Origin: Clostridia bacterium
GTDB taxonomy: Bacteria > Bacillota > Clostridia > Monoglobales > Firm-18
Reading direction: 5' to 3'
DNA length: 64,000 bases
Assembly: GCA_045545235.1 (NCBI GenBank)
Contig: JAZQAN010000010.1
Location: 26,267-90,266 of the forward strand
How positions within the stretch are numbered: position 1 is the stretch's first letter; each line of letters starts with the position of its first letter. Below are positions 37,659 to 47,503 of this stretch, in pieces. Below the pieces are notes generated by a model. The model was not told the origin of the DNA and did not search any database. It worked only from the letters and a program-made list of their open reading frames with translations. The position numbers were made by a program, and so were the translations under genes.

Positions 37659-38426
37659 TTAATTACCGTAACGATAATAATTATAATAATTTTTATATCT
37701 GTACTTGCCTCTGCTTACGTATTTCTGCTGTTTCTGGTTAAAATCGTTAAGTACAACCCCAAGCGGTTTCACGTTTGCAAGTTCAAAATTGGACATAGCC
37801 GCACTAAGTGCATCATATTCAGTATAATTACTTCTTGTAACCATAATATAACCTGTGATGTTATTGGAAAGCACCAATGCATCTGAAACGATATTTACCG
37901 GAGGAGTATCCAGAATTATAAAATCATAGCTTTCAGACAATTTCTTAATAAGTTCCTCCATTTTTTCTGAAGAAAGTAGTTCAATAGGATTTGGAGGAAT
38001 ATGTCCTGAACTTATCAAATCAAGATTTTCAACACGTGTTTTTTGTATGTAGTCCTGTTTTTTCTGATCAAAAACACCCGACAAAACATTTGAAAGACCA
38101 ACTTTATTTTCAAGGTCAAAATACTTGTGAAGTTTAGGTTTTCTCATATCAGAATCAATTATAACAACTTTCTTTTCAGTCAGTGCAAATGAAATTGCAA
38201 GATTTATAGCTGTTGTTGTTTTTCCTTCACCCGGAATTGCACTTGTAATTGCATAAGATCTGCAACCTGAAGAGCTTCCTGTTGAAAAAAGAATATTAGT
38301 TCTCAGTGTCTTATATGCCTCTGACATAACAAAACTGCTATCAGCATTTAAAATTGTGTGTTCCTTATTCTGAACCCCATCATATTTAAAGTTAATCTTG
38401 TCTTTCTTTTTGAACAACTTATTCAT
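37659..38426 (-). CDS. CpsD/CapB-family bacterial tyrosine kinase (BY-kinase catalytic subunit)
   Basis: Walker A ITSAIPGEGKTTTAINLA, Walker A' VVIIDSDMRKP, Walker B IILDTPP, and a C-terminal Tyr cluster (YVSRGKYRYKNYYNYYRY). ATG 38426 overlaps the upstream gene's stop by 8 nt. Confidence 0.88.
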   Translation of the reverse strand: MNKLFKKKDKINFKYDGVQNKEHTILNADSSFVMSEAYKTLRTNILFSTGSSSGCRSYAITSAIPGEGKTTTAINLAISFALTEKKVVIIDSDMRKPKLHKYFDLENKVGLSNVLSGVFDQKKQDYIQKTRVENLDLISSGHIPPNPIELLSSEKMEELIKKLSESYDFIILDTPPVNIVSDALVLSNNITGYIMVTRSNYTEYDALSAAMSNFELANVKPLGVVLNDFNQKQQKYVSRGKYRYKNYYNYYRYGN

Positions 38427-39150
38427 ATTTGGCACCTCCGCTTGATGACTTTTTATCAAACATATTAGGTATGGTTCCCAAAACAACTAAATCATACTTT
38501 GTTTCAATATCTTCAACAGTTTTTACATGAACATCAAAATAATTTACTACAAATATAATTCCGCAGGCTACAAGCATTCCTAAAATCATACCCAACAAAG
38601 TGTTTTTTGTCACACTCGGATATGAACGGCTATCAGGCAGACTTGCATTGTCTATAACCTTTACAGACCCAACTTCCATAATGTTTTTAATGTGGTAATT
38701 TGCATACCTCAAAATTGCAGCACAAATCTTCTGTGCATCCTTTGGAGTAGGTGCATCAACATTTACATAAATTACACCTGTCTCTTCTACTCTTGAAAAA
38801 GTAGTCATAGCACGCAAAGCTTTAGGATGATACTCAAGTTTGGCTTTTTGTTGTATCATTTCATAAAAACCATAACTGCTGAATAGCTCAATATATGTAT
38901 CAACAAGCATTTCCGCAGTTGTAAGGTCATAAAGATTTGCAGTATTATTCTCAACATCTCCCATAACAACATCTGCTTTATTATCAACATAAACGGAACC
39001 AACAGAGGTGAATCTCTCCGGAATAAACATACTACTGTATGTAAAGAAAATCGCACCGCACAATATTACACAAATAGCAACCAACCACCATCTTTTAAAA
39101 AGTTCTTGCAATAATCCTTGAATAGTTATTTCTTTCTCCAATGGTAACAT
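38419..39150 (-). CDS. Wzz/CpsC-type chain-length-determinant (BY-kinase transmembrane activator)
   Basis: Two TM helices flank an extracytoplasmic domain. The N-terminus (ITIQGLLQELFKRWWLVAICVIL) is typical of CpsC/YwqC. Confidence 0.8.
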   Translation of the reverse strand: MLPLEKEITIQGLLQELFKRWWLVAICVILCGAIFFTYSSMFIPERFTSVGSVYVDNKADVVMGDVENNTANLYDLTTAEMLVDTYIELFSSYGFYEMIQQKAKLEYHPKALRAMTTFSRVEETGVIYVNVDAPTPKDAQKICAAILRYANYHIKNIMEVGSVKVIDNASLPDSRSYPSVTKNTLLGMILGMLVACGIIFVVNYFDVHVKTVEDIETKYDLVVLGTIPNMFDKKSSSGGAKYE

Positions 39151-39251
39151 ACCCCTTTACTATATTGTTTTATAAAAATTTAATATATACCTTATTATAT
39201 TGTATCACATTAAAAAAATTTTTGCAACTTATTTTTAACAAAATAAATAAG

Positions 39252-39280
39252 TTGACCATTTAATATATTTATTATATAAT
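39252..39280 (+). promoter_or_regulatory. Sigma-A-type promoter of the phosphoglucomutase gene
   Basis: TTGACC (39252-39257), 17-nt spacer, TATAAT (39275-39280). AAGGAG SD before ATG 39311. Confidence 0.55.
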
Positions 39281-39310
39281 ACTAACATACAAAAAACAAG
39301 GAGTGAAACT

Positions 39311-41038
39311 ATGAACTACATTACCGAATATAAAAAATGGCTGAATTCAGATGCCGTTGATGCTGAAGATAAAAACAAACTTAAAGAAATTGAAAATAAC
39401 GAATCAGAAATAAAAGAATCTTTTTATCAGACACTTGCATTTGGTACTGCCGGACTTCGCGGAGTTATAGGCGTGGGTACAAACCGTATGAACAAGTACG
39501 TTGTACGCCGTGCAACGCAGGGTATTGCAAATTACATTTCAAAACACGGAGAAGAATTAAAAAAACGTGGTGTTGTTATAGGTTATGACTCAAGACATTT
39601 TTCTCCGGAATTTGCTCTTGAAACAGCCCTTACACTATGTGCCAACGGGATTAAAACATATTTGTTTGAATCATTAAGACCTGTACCTGAAATTTCTTTT
39701 TCAATAAGACATTTAAAATGCATTGCAGGTATTGCAATTACAGCTTCTCATAATCCGGCAAAATATAATGGTTATAAGGCATACTGGGAAGATGGAGGGC
39801 AGCTTCCGCCTGCAGTATCAGACAAGGTTTTAGAAGAAATCAATGCACTCGATATGTTTGACATCAGAACAACCACAAGAGAAGAAGCAGAAAAGTCAGG
39901 TCTTCTTACAATAATCGGAAGTGAAGTTGATAAAGCATATATCGACGCCGTTTACACTCAGGCTATTAATCCTGATGTTGTAAAGGAAGTTGCAGATACC
40001 TTCAAGCTTGTATACACACCTATTCACGGCAGCGGCAACAAGCCTGTACGTGCAATACTTGAAAAAGCAGGTTTTAAGCACGTTATTGTTGTAAAAGAAC
40101 AGGAAGAACCGGATGGGTCATTCCCCACTGTTTCTGCACCAAACCCGGAAAATAAGGAATGCTTTACAAAAGCAGTTGAGCTTGCAAAGGAAAATGATGT
40201 AAGCCTTATAATTGGTACAGACCCGGATGCAGACCGTATGGGAATTATGCTTCGCAACAACGAAGGTGAATACATTCCTATGTCAGGAAATCAGGTTGGT
40301 GCTTTGCTTGCCGACTACATTATTTCTGCAAAGAAAGAACGCGGAACACTCCCTGAAAACGGAGCTGTTATTTCCACAATAGTTTCTACAAAAATGGCAA
40401 GGGTACTGACAGAAAGTCACGGAATGGAATACATTGAGGTTTTGACCGGATTTAAGTTTATAGGTGAACAGATTCACCGTTTTGAAACAACAGGATGCAA
40501 CGAATTTCTTTTAGGTTTTGAAGAAAGCTATGGCTACCTTGTAGGTACGCACGCAAGGGATAAGGATGCCGTGGTTGCAAGTATGCTTATAGCTGAAATG
40601 GCTGCATATTACAGTAAAAAGGGCAAAACCCTCTACGATGTAATGCAGGAACTTTACAAAACCTATGGCGGCTTTGCGGAAGAAACAATAAGCATTACTA
40701 TGGAAGGCAGCGACGGTATAGCAAAAATAAAGGCAATTATGGAAGATATGCGTGAAAACAAGCCCGAAAAATTTGGTGAATTCAAAGTTAACGCAATCCG
40801 TGATTACAAAACAAGTATTAAATATGACCTTGAAAACGGCACGGAAGAAAAACTGACTCTTCCAAAATCTGACGTTCTTTATTTTGAACTTACCGAAGGA
40901 GCAAGCTTCGTTGCAAGACCATCAGGCACAGAACCTAAAATAAAGCTTTATTTCCTTATACAGTCAGATACTGAAGACAGTGCTAAAACAATTCTGTCAA
41001 AGGTTAAAGTTGCAGTTGAAGAATATATGAATAAATAA
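39311..41038 (+). CDS. pgcA: Phospho-sugar mutase (alpha-phosphoglucomutase, PgcA-like)
   Basis: Active-site loop TASHNPAKYNGYK, metal loop GTDPDADRMG, sugar loop GFEESYGY, phosphate loop RPSGTEPKIK. 575 aa. Confidence 0.88.
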   Translation: MNYITEYKKWLNSDAVDAEDKNKLKEIENNESEIKESFYQTLAFGTAGLRGVIGVGTNRMNKYVVRRATQGIANYISKHGEELKKRGVVIGYDSRHFSPEFALETALTLCANGIKTYLFESLRPVPEISFSIRHLKCIAGIAITASHNPAKYNGYKAYWEDGGQLPPAVSDKVLEEINALDMFDIRTTTREEAEKSGLLTIIGSEVDKAYIDAVYTQAINPDVVKEVADTFKLVYTPIHGSGNKPVRAILEKAGFKHVIVVKEQEEPDGSFPTVSAPNPENKECFTKAVELAKENDVSLIIGTDPDADRMGIMLRNNEGEYIPMSGNQVGALLADYIISAKKERGTLPENGAVISTIVSTKMARVLTESHGMEYIEVLTGFKFIGEQIHRFETTGCNEFLLGFEESYGYLVGTHARDKDAVVASMLIAEMAAYYSKKGKTLYDVMQELYKTYGGFAEETISITMEGSDGIAKIKAIMEDMRENKPEKFGEFKVNAIRDYKTSIKYDLENGTEEKLTLPKSDVLYFELTEGASFVARPSGTEPKIKLYFLIQSDTEDSAKTILSKVKVAVEEYMNK

Positions 41039-41044
41039 AACATT

Positions 41045-41078
41045 AAAAAAGTAAGTGGCGAATACCACTTACTTTTTT
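41045..41078. terminator. Bidirectional terminator overlapping the 3' end of the AraC-family gene
   Basis: AAAAAAGTAAGTGG-CGAATA-CCACTTACTTTTTT. The right arm contains the last codons and stop (41069-41071) of the minus-strand gene. Confidence 0.75.
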
Positions 41079-41953
41079 CTATAATTAAGAGGGGTAATTC
41101 CATACTCTTTATGAAACGCATAAGAAAAATAATCAACATTCTTAAACCCACATCTCAAAGCAATATCTCTTACCATTCTGTTACTATTACGAAGTAGCTG
41201 TTTTGCATACATCAGCCTGTTTTTTCTGATTTTATCACCTATCCCCGTGCCTGTTTCCTTCAAAAAAATATGTTGAAGATGAGAAACGCTCAAATTGCAT
41301 TTTCGTGCCACATCCGAAACACTTATATCGGTTGTAAAATTCTCATCAATATATTTAATTGCTGTTTCTATATATCCAAATGCTTCGCTGTCTCTTTTTG
41401 AAACCTCTTCCCCTAATTTCAAAACATTGCTTTGTTTTAAATATTCACCTATGAAAAACGCAAGACTTTCAACATAAACTTCAATTCTTTCTCTGTTATC
41501 TTCACAAACAAGAGAATTTTTCATTAATTCCTCAAACACCTTTGCACTAATGCCTATACGGTTACACAAAAGCTTTTTCATACCGGTTGACAGTTCTCCC
41601 ATAAGTCCGGATACAGACACCATTGCAAGCATTTTACCATCCACAATTACCGGAGCAACAATTTCCCTGACTCCGCAATAACAGGTTAGTGTACACACAC
41701 TTTTTTTATCAAACACTTTTTTGTTGAATTTTTTCTTAAGAGCTACGCACCTTCTATGTAATCCGCCTTTATCCTTTATTGCCATGCAGTATTCATTTGT
41801 ATGCCAACGGGAAATTTCCGAAACATCATCAAAATCCCCGCTATTTCTCAATATGTACAAGTCATCATAAATTATAAGTCTTCCCACTATATCATCAGTG
41901 ACAAGCTTTATGTATTTTTTTATAAATTCTCCATTAATTTTCACAAACATCAC
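41069..41953 (-). CDS. AraC-family transcriptional regulator with N-terminal PocR-like sensory domain
   Basis: C-terminal double HTH (VARKCNLSVSHLQHIFLKETG..., IALRCGFKNVDYFSYAFHKEYGITP). The ~170-aa N-terminal domain with conserved Cys (HRRCVALKK...CYCG) resembles PocR. Confidence 0.8.
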   Translation of the reverse strand: MMFVKINGEFIKKYIKLVTDDIVGRLIIYDDLYILRNSGDFDDVSEISRWHTNEYCMAIKDKGGLHRRCVALKKKFNKKVFDKKSVCTLTCYCGVREIVAPVIVDGKMLAMVSVSGLMGELSTGMKKLLCNRIGISAKVFEELMKNSLVCEDNRERIEVYVESLAFFIGEYLKQSNVLKLGEEVSKRDSEAFGYIETAIKYIDENFTTDISVSDVARKCNLSVSHLQHIFLKETGTGIGDKIRKNRLMYAKQLLRNSNRMVRDIALRCGFKNVDYFSYAFHKEYGITPLNYRKK

Positions 41954-42057
41954 ACCATAATTAAATTACATAGCATAAAATCAAAGTTTTAACATTACAA
42001 CTATGCTATAATTTATTATAAATGATGTATACAAATAAATCAAGAGGTGGTACAAAC

Positions 42058-44280
42058 TTGGAAATAATATGGTTAGATGCTAATGATTTCAAAACTTATG
42101 GTGGATGGCAAACAGAAACACAGTTTGTAAAGGAAATGGGACAGCCATACCTTATTGCAAATCATATACCCGGTGTTCCTGTAGAAAATGCAGATACAGA
42201 CTTTTCCGTAAAAACCGAAGGATATTACAGAATTTTTGTACGTACAAAAAACTGGAGGCTTCCATATGCTCCGGGACAATTTAAGGTTGCGGTGGACAAT
42301 AGCGAGCTTGAAAACACGTGTGGTAAAATGCCTTCCCCTGACTGGTACTGGGAAATTGCCGGTGATGTATACCTGAAGGCAGGGAATCACAAACTTGAGC
42401 TTTGCGATAAAACAGGCTGGTTATCCCGTTGTGCAACTGTAATAATAACAAATGATTTTGATTATACTCCATCACCGGAAATAAACAGGCTTTTAAAACA
42501 AAGAGCACAGGCAAAAAACATTGACACAAAAATAAAAGACCTTGGAAATTGGGATTTTGTAGTTGTGGGTGCAGGTCCGGGTGGTGTGCCTGCTGCAATA
42601 AGTGCTGCACGTGCAGGTCTCAAAACTGCACTTATATGCGCAAGACCATATGTAGGAGGAAACGCAAGCGAAGAGGGCACAATAGGCTTTGATGGTGCAG
42701 GTGGTAAAAATCCCGGCAATCACGAAACAGGTATTGCAAACGAAATCAAAAGATACCGTGAACATTACAAAACATCCTGGCAAAAGGCTTTGGAAATGCT
42801 GATAGAAAAAGAACCGCTTCTTACACTTTACACAAACAGTATGTGTACCGATGCAGTTTCAGAAAACAACTTAATAACATCCGTAGAGATAACAAATACA
42901 CTCACTTTAGAAAAAAGTGTTATAAGTGCCCCTTTATTTGCAGATTGTACAGGAGATGGATGGCTTGGCTACTACGCAGGTGCCGCATACAGAGTAGGCA
43001 GAGAAGCAAAGCACCAATACAACGAGGAATTTGCACCGGAAAGTCCCGATACTCTTACAATGAGCGGTTGCAATACAAAAACACATCTGGGCTTTCAGTT
43101 ACTTGGTTTTTATATGGAAGAAGAACCGCAAAAAACAGAGTTTAAAGCCCCTGAATGGACTCCTTCATTCCCCGAAGGGACAGAAACCCAACGATATCAG
43201 AAAAAACCTCACTCGCCCGAATGGTGGCTTGAAAACTCCAACGACTATGATGACTTGTGGAATCAGGAATACACAAGAGATACTCTGGCAGCGATTAATG
43301 TAGGGTATTTTGGGTGGTTGAAAACAACTTCTCCCCAAAAAGACGAATTTGCAAATTACAGTTTAAAATATCTGTGTCTGCACAATTCAAAAAGAGAAAA
43401 CCGCCGAATCATAGGCGACTATGTACTTACAATGACAGATATCATGGATGGTAAAAAATTCGAGGATGTTATATCATACCACGGATGGGGAATAGATGTC
43501 CATCACCCTAAAGGAATATTTTCAGGAAAAGAAGGACCCTTCCATCTTAATACCGAAGTTCCTGTTTCACCAATACCATACAGATGCTTATATTCTAAAA
43601 ACATAGGAAATCTGTTTGTTGCCTCAAGATGTTCATCAGTTTCACATCTTGCACTTGGTTCTACGCGTGTAGAAAGCACAATTGCAACTATGGGGCAGGC
43701 AGTTGGAACTGCGGCAGCTTTTTGTAAAAAATACAATACATTACCACGAGGAATATACGAAAGCCACATCAAAGAGCTTCAGCAACAGCTTTTAAAGGAT
43801 GACCAGACCATATTTGAAATATCCAACGAAGATACTGATGACAAAGCAAAAAACGCAAGTATTTACGCAACAAGTGAGGCTTCTTCAAAAAAAGGATTTG
43901 CAAAAAATGTTATAAACGGTAAAATACGTTCTACTGCAGATGAGTGCAACTCCTGGATAAGTGAAAGCGGTTTACCACAAAGCATTACTCTTAAATTCAA
44001 CAATGTAATGGACATATCCCGTGTGCAGATTACCGTGGAAACAGACCTGACATATCCACTCTTTTCCTGTTGGGAAACTCCTCCCTTCTATGATACCGCA
44101 AATGATATTACAATAGAATTGTTAAAAGACGGAAAATGTATGGAAAAAAAAGAAATAACAGATAATTTTGTACGTCAGATACGCAGCGATTTTTCAAATA
44201 TGTCTGCTGATGAAGTAAAAGTTACTGTAAATAAAGCCGACAGTAATGTGGCGATAATAAACGAAATTCGTATATATTAA
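42058..44280 (+). CDS. FAD-dependent oxidoreductase (GIDA/FAD_oxidored-type core) with extra N- and C-terminal beta-sandwich-like domains
   Basis: Dinucleotide fold VVVGAGPGGVPAAISAARAGLKTALI, then DCTGDGWLGYYAGAAYRVGREA and GSTRVESTIATMGQAVGTAAAF. ~165 aa lie before the core and ~170 aa after it (NVINGKIRSTADECNSWISE...ITLKF, discoidin/CBM-like). Start placed at TTG 42058, 7 nt after AGAGGTGG. The track ATG 42022 has no SD. Confidence 0.75.
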   Translation: MEIIWLDANDFKTYGGWQTETQFVKEMGQPYLIANHIPGVPVENADTDFSVKTEGYYRIFVRTKNWRLPYAPGQFKVAVDNSELENTCGKMPSPDWYWEIAGDVYLKAGNHKLELCDKTGWLSRCATVIITNDFDYTPSPEINRLLKQRAQAKNIDTKIKDLGNWDFVVVGAGPGGVPAAISAARAGLKTALICARPYVGGNASEEGTIGFDGAGGKNPGNHETGIANEIKRYREHYKTSWQKALEMLIEKEPLLTLYTNSMCTDAVSENNLITSVEITNTLTLEKSVISAPLFADCTGDGWLGYYAGAAYRVGREAKHQYNEEFAPESPDTLTMSGCNTKTHLGFQLLGFYMEEEPQKTEFKAPEWTPSFPEGTETQRYQKKPHSPEWWLENSNDYDDLWNQEYTRDTLAAINVGYFGWLKTTSPQKDEFANYSLKYLCLHNSKRENRRIIGDYVLTMTDIMDGKKFEDVISYHGWGIDVHHPKGIFSGKEGPFHLNTEVPVSPIPYRCLYSKNIGNLFVASRCSSVSHLALGSTRVESTIATMGQAVGTAAAFCKKYNTLPRGIYESHIKELQQQLLKDDQTIFEISNEDTDDKAKNASIYATSEASSKKGFAKNVINGKIRSTADECNSWISESGLPQSITLKFNNVMDISRVQITVETDLTYPLFSCWETPPFYDTANDITIELLKDGKCMEKKEITDNFVRQIRSDFSNMSADEVKVTVNKADSNVAIINEIRIY

Positions 44281-44282
44281 TA

Positions 44283-44314
44283 AAAATACAGGGTGTTTTT
44301 ACACCCTGTATTTT
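44283..44314. terminator. Bidirectional terminator between convergent genes
   Basis: AAAATACAGGGTGT-TTTT-ACACCCTGTATTTT, with A/T runs on both sides. Confidence 0.8.
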
Positions 44315-45066
44315 TATTTGGGAATCTGCATCCCTGTATGGTCCATATAATAATTATCTTTATAAATCAAATCCGATACACCGACAAATTCATACCCCTG
44401 ATTTTTCAGGTCACATAGTAACTGGGGTAATGCTTTTGCAGTATTTTTCGTGCCGTTATGCAAAAGTATTATTGAACCGTTTTTCACTTTATCGGTAACC
44501 CGTTTTATTATCATTTCTGCCGTCAGACCTTTCCAGTCAAGACTGTCTACACTCCATTGAATACAATATCTGCCTGTCTCCTTACAGGTTTTTACAAGCA
44601 AATCATTATACTCTCCGTAGGGTGCACGGAAAAGTACTTCATTTTGTCCTGTCAGTTTTTTTATTTTCTCATCACAATTATCCATTTCCTTAATCATCTG
44701 CTCACGGGATAGTGAATTTGTGTGAGGGTGAGTATCGGAATGATTTGCTACTTCGTGTCCTTTTTCGTACATTTCCTTTATTCTTTCCGGATATTTGTCA
44801 ACAAAGTCTCCAACTACAAAGAAAGTAGCCCTGCATCCGTAATTTTCAAGAGTTGTCAAAATATCCGCAAGGTCATTATCATCCCATGCAGAATCAAAAG
44901 TTATTGCTATTTTCTTTTCATCTGTTTTTACACAGTAAACAGGCAAATTATCATAATTATCGGTTTTTTTTACTGCATCAACTCCCGTAAGAGCAAAAGA
45001 AAGCACACCAAAAACAAGAATTCCAAGAAACAGTAACATACGTTTATTTATAACAATAAATTGCAT
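44314..45066 (-). CDS. Polysaccharide deacetylase (CE4; PdaB-like sporulation type)
   Basis: N-terminal anchor, then TFDSAWDD, ATFFVVG, HEVANHSDTHPH, LFRAPYGEY, LLHNG motifs of the NodB fold. Confidence 0.8.
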   Translation of the reverse strand: MQFIVINKRMLLFLGILVFGVLSFALTGVDAVKKTDNYDNLPVYCVKTDEKKIAITFDSAWDDNDLADILTTLENYGCRATFFVVGDFVDKYPERIKEMYEKGHEVANHSDTHPHTNSLSREQMIKEMDNCDEKIKKLTGQNEVLFRAPYGEYNDLLVKTCKETGRYCIQWSVDSLDWKGLTAEMIIKRVTDKVKNGSIILLHNGTKNTAKALPQLLCDLKNQGYEFVGVSDLIYKDNYYMDHTGMQIPK

Positions 45067-45196
45067 AATACACCTCCATTCAATAATAAATATGTATAAA
45101 AAACAAAAATTATTATTAAAACACTTGCCTTTTTTAAAATATGAATGTATAATATATGCATAAATATTTTATTTATATATTTAGGAGGAAATTAAT

Positions 45197-45937
45197 ATGA
45201 AGAAAATTATCTCATTATTGCTTGTATGTGTTATGGCTCTTTGCCTTTTCACAGCTTGCGGCGAAAAAACAGAAAAACTTACAATGGCTACAAACGCAGA
45301 ATTCCCACCATTTGAATATCTTGAAAATGGTGAAATCGTTGGTGCCGATGTTGAAATTGCACAGGCAATTGCAGCTAAAATGGGCAGAGAACTTGAAATC
45401 ACAAACATCGACTTTGATGCCGCTTTAACAGGCGCAGCAACAGGCAAGTACGATATGGCAGTTGCAGGTATTACTGCAAACGATGACAGAAGAAAGAATA
45501 TGGATTTCTCTGTAGATTACTACACAGCTTCTCAGGCTATTATCGTTATGGCTGACAGTGCAATTGCTGCAGCTGCAGACCTTGAAGGCAAAACAATTGC
45601 TTGCCAGGAAGGTACAACAGGCGAACAGTTCCTATTGGACGAAGGCTATGCTATTCAGTCATTCAAAACAGGTGCTGAAGCTGTTACAGCTATGACATCA
45701 GGTAAAGTTGATGCAGTTGTTATTGATGATGCTGTTGCTAAGGCTCTTTCATCAAAGCAGAACGGCGCAACAAAAGTTCTTGACGAAGCTTTGACAAAAG
45801 AAGCTTACGCAATTGCTTTGAAAAAAGGTAACGCTGAACTTGCAGCAGAAATCAACAAAGCTCTTGAAGAACTTAAAGCAGACGGCACACTTGCTACAAT
45901 ATTCGAAAAATACGAATTGCCATACGATGCTGAATAA
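45197..45937 (+). CDS. Polar amino-acid ABC transporter substrate-binding lipoprotein
   Basis: Lipobox LFTACG. SBP_bac_3-type sequence (FPPFEY...GADVEIAQAIA...FDAAL..GKYDMAVAGITA). Confidence 0.9.
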   Translation: MKKIISLLLVCVMALCLFTACGEKTEKLTMATNAEFPPFEYLENGEIVGADVEIAQAIAAKMGRELEITNIDFDAALTGAATGKYDMAVAGITANDDRRKNMDFSVDYYTASQAIIVMADSAIAAAADLEGKTIACQEGTTGEQFLLDEGYAIQSFKTGAEAVTAMTSGKVDAVVIDDAVAKALSSKQNGATKVLDEALTKEAYAIALKKGNAELAAEINKALEELKADGTLATIFEKYELPYDAE

Positions 45938-45952
45938 TTAAAACTTATTGAC

Positions 45953-45978
45953 GAAGCGACGTATTTATGCGTCGCTTC
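45953..45978 (+). terminator. Intra-operon hairpin (partial terminator/processing stabiliser) between binding-protein and permease genes
   Basis: GAAGCGACG-TATTTATG-CGTCGCTTC followed by TTTAATT (weak U-run). Confidence 0.5.
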
Positions 45979-46006
45979 TTTAATTCAAAGGGAAGGTAAT
46001 TATAAT

Positions 46007-46711
46007 ATGGAATGGTTTAATAATTGGTTGGATAAATTATACGAAACCTTTATTGTAGGCGATCGTTATATGACGTTAATCGAGGGTTTTGAAAAAACTC
46101 TGATTATAACCTTTGGTGCACTTGTTATCGGTGTCATAATCGGTACAATAGTTGCTATGCTTAAAGTGTTTGCACAAAACAATCCAAAATCAATAATTTT
46201 AAAAATATTTGAGGTAATATGTAACATTTACCTTACAGTCATAAGAGGAACACCGGTTGTTGTTCAGCTTTTGATTTCTTTTTTCATAATCTTTATATCT
46301 GCAAAAGACGGCACATGGGTTGCCATGCTTACATTTGGTATAAATTCAGGTGCTTACGTTGCCGAAACCATACGTTCAGGTATTATGGCAATTGATAAAG
46401 GTCAGATGGAAGCCGGAAGGTCTCTTGGTTTTTCAAACCTTCAGACAATGTGGCTTATAATTCTTCCTCAGGCATTTAAAAATATACTACCTGCAATAGG
46501 TAACGAAATGATTGCACTTTTAAAAGAAACATCTGTAGCAGGTTATGTTGCGGTAATAGACCTTACAAAAGCAGGTAATCAGATTAAAAATACTACATAC
46601 GACCAGATTAACCCTATTTTGCTGGTTGCTATAGTTTACCTTGTTATGGTAATGCTTTTCACTTGGCTTATAGCCTTGCTTGAAAGGAGGTTGAGAAAGA
46701 GTGAACGCTAA
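46007..46711 (+). CDS. Amino-acid ABC transporter permease (His/Glu/Gln/Arg/opine family)
   Basis: TM protein with the EAA loop ([28 protein letters not shown]). Confidence 0.9.
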   Translation: MEWFNNWLDKLYETFIVGDRYMTLIEGFEKTLIITFGALVIGVIIGTIVAMLKVFAQNNPKSIILKIFEVICNIYLTVIRGTPVVVQLLISFFIIFISAKDGTWVAMLTFGINSGAYVAETIRSGIMAIDKGQMEAGRSLGFSNLQTMWLIILPQAFKNILPAIGNEMIALLKETSVAGYVAVIDLTKAGNQIKNTTYDQINPILLVAIVYLVMVMLFTWLIALLERRLRKSER

Positions 46712-47444
46712 TAACATCATAGAAACTAACGAATTATGCAAATTTTACCGTGGCGGCAAAATAAAAGCACTAAACGGCGTAAGTGCAGAAATAAAGCGCG
46801 GCGAGGTGGTAGTTGTTATCGGCCCTTCCGGTTCAGGTAAATCCACATTCTTGCGTTCATTGAATCTTCTTGAGCTTCCAACATCAGGAAACATTATTTT
46901 TGAAGGTGTGGATATTACTGACCCTAAAGTAAATATCAACCTGCACCGTCAGAAAATGGGTATGGTTTTTCAGCATTTCAACCTGTTCCCTCATATGACA
47001 ATTCTAAAAAATATGACTATTGCCCCTATGAAGCTTTTAAATCTTTCAAAGGAAGAAGCTGAATCAAAGGCGATGGAGCTTTTAAAAAGGGTTGGTCTTG
47101 AGGACAGAGCAAATGCTTATCCGTCACAGTTGTCAGGTGGACAAAAACAACGTGTTGCCATAGTACGTGCACTTTGTATGAACCCCGAGGTAATGTTGTT
47201 TGACGAACCAACATCAGCACTTGACCCTGAAATGGTAGGCGAAGTACTTGATGTTATGAAACAACTTGCAAAAGAGGGTATGACAATGGTTGTTGTAACT
47301 CACGAAATGGGCTTTGCCAAAGAAGTTGCGGACCGCGTAATATTTATGGACGAAGGTCAGATTATGGAAATAGGCACACCTGAAGAAATTTTTGAGAATC
47401 CACAAAACTCAAGAACACAGGCATTTTTAAGCAAAGTGCTTTAA
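46701..47444 (+). CDS. Amino-acid ABC transporter ATP-binding protein (GlnQ-like)
   Basis: [37 protein letters not shown]-loop VTHEM. 11-nt overlap with the permease gene. Confidence 0.92.
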   Translation: MNANNIIETNELCKFYRGGKIKALNGVSAEIKRGEVVVVIGPSGSGKSTFLRSLNLLELPTSGNIIFEGVDITDPKVNINLHRQKMGMVFQHFNLFPHMTILKNMTIAPMKLLNLSKEEAESKAMELLKRVGLEDRANAYPSQLSGGQKQRVAIVRALCMNPEVMLFDEPTSALDPEMVGEVLDVMKQLAKEGMTMVVVTHEMGFAKEVADRVIFMDEGQIMEIGTPEEIFENPQNSRTQAFLSKVL

Positions 47445-47464
47445 AATTTAATATTAACACACAA

Positions 47465-47497
47465 ATCACCTCATTGCATATTTTGTAATGAGGTGAT
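47465..47497 (+). promoter_or_regulatory. Perfect 11-bp hairpin whose 3' arm is the Shine-Dalgarno of the next ORF
   Basis: ATCACCTCATT (47465-47475) pairs with AATGAGGTGAT (47487-47497), with an 11-nt loop. GAGGTGAT is the only SD for ATG 47504. No U-run follows, so it is not a classical terminator. Confidence 0.5.
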
Positions 47498-47503
47498 ATA
47501 ATT

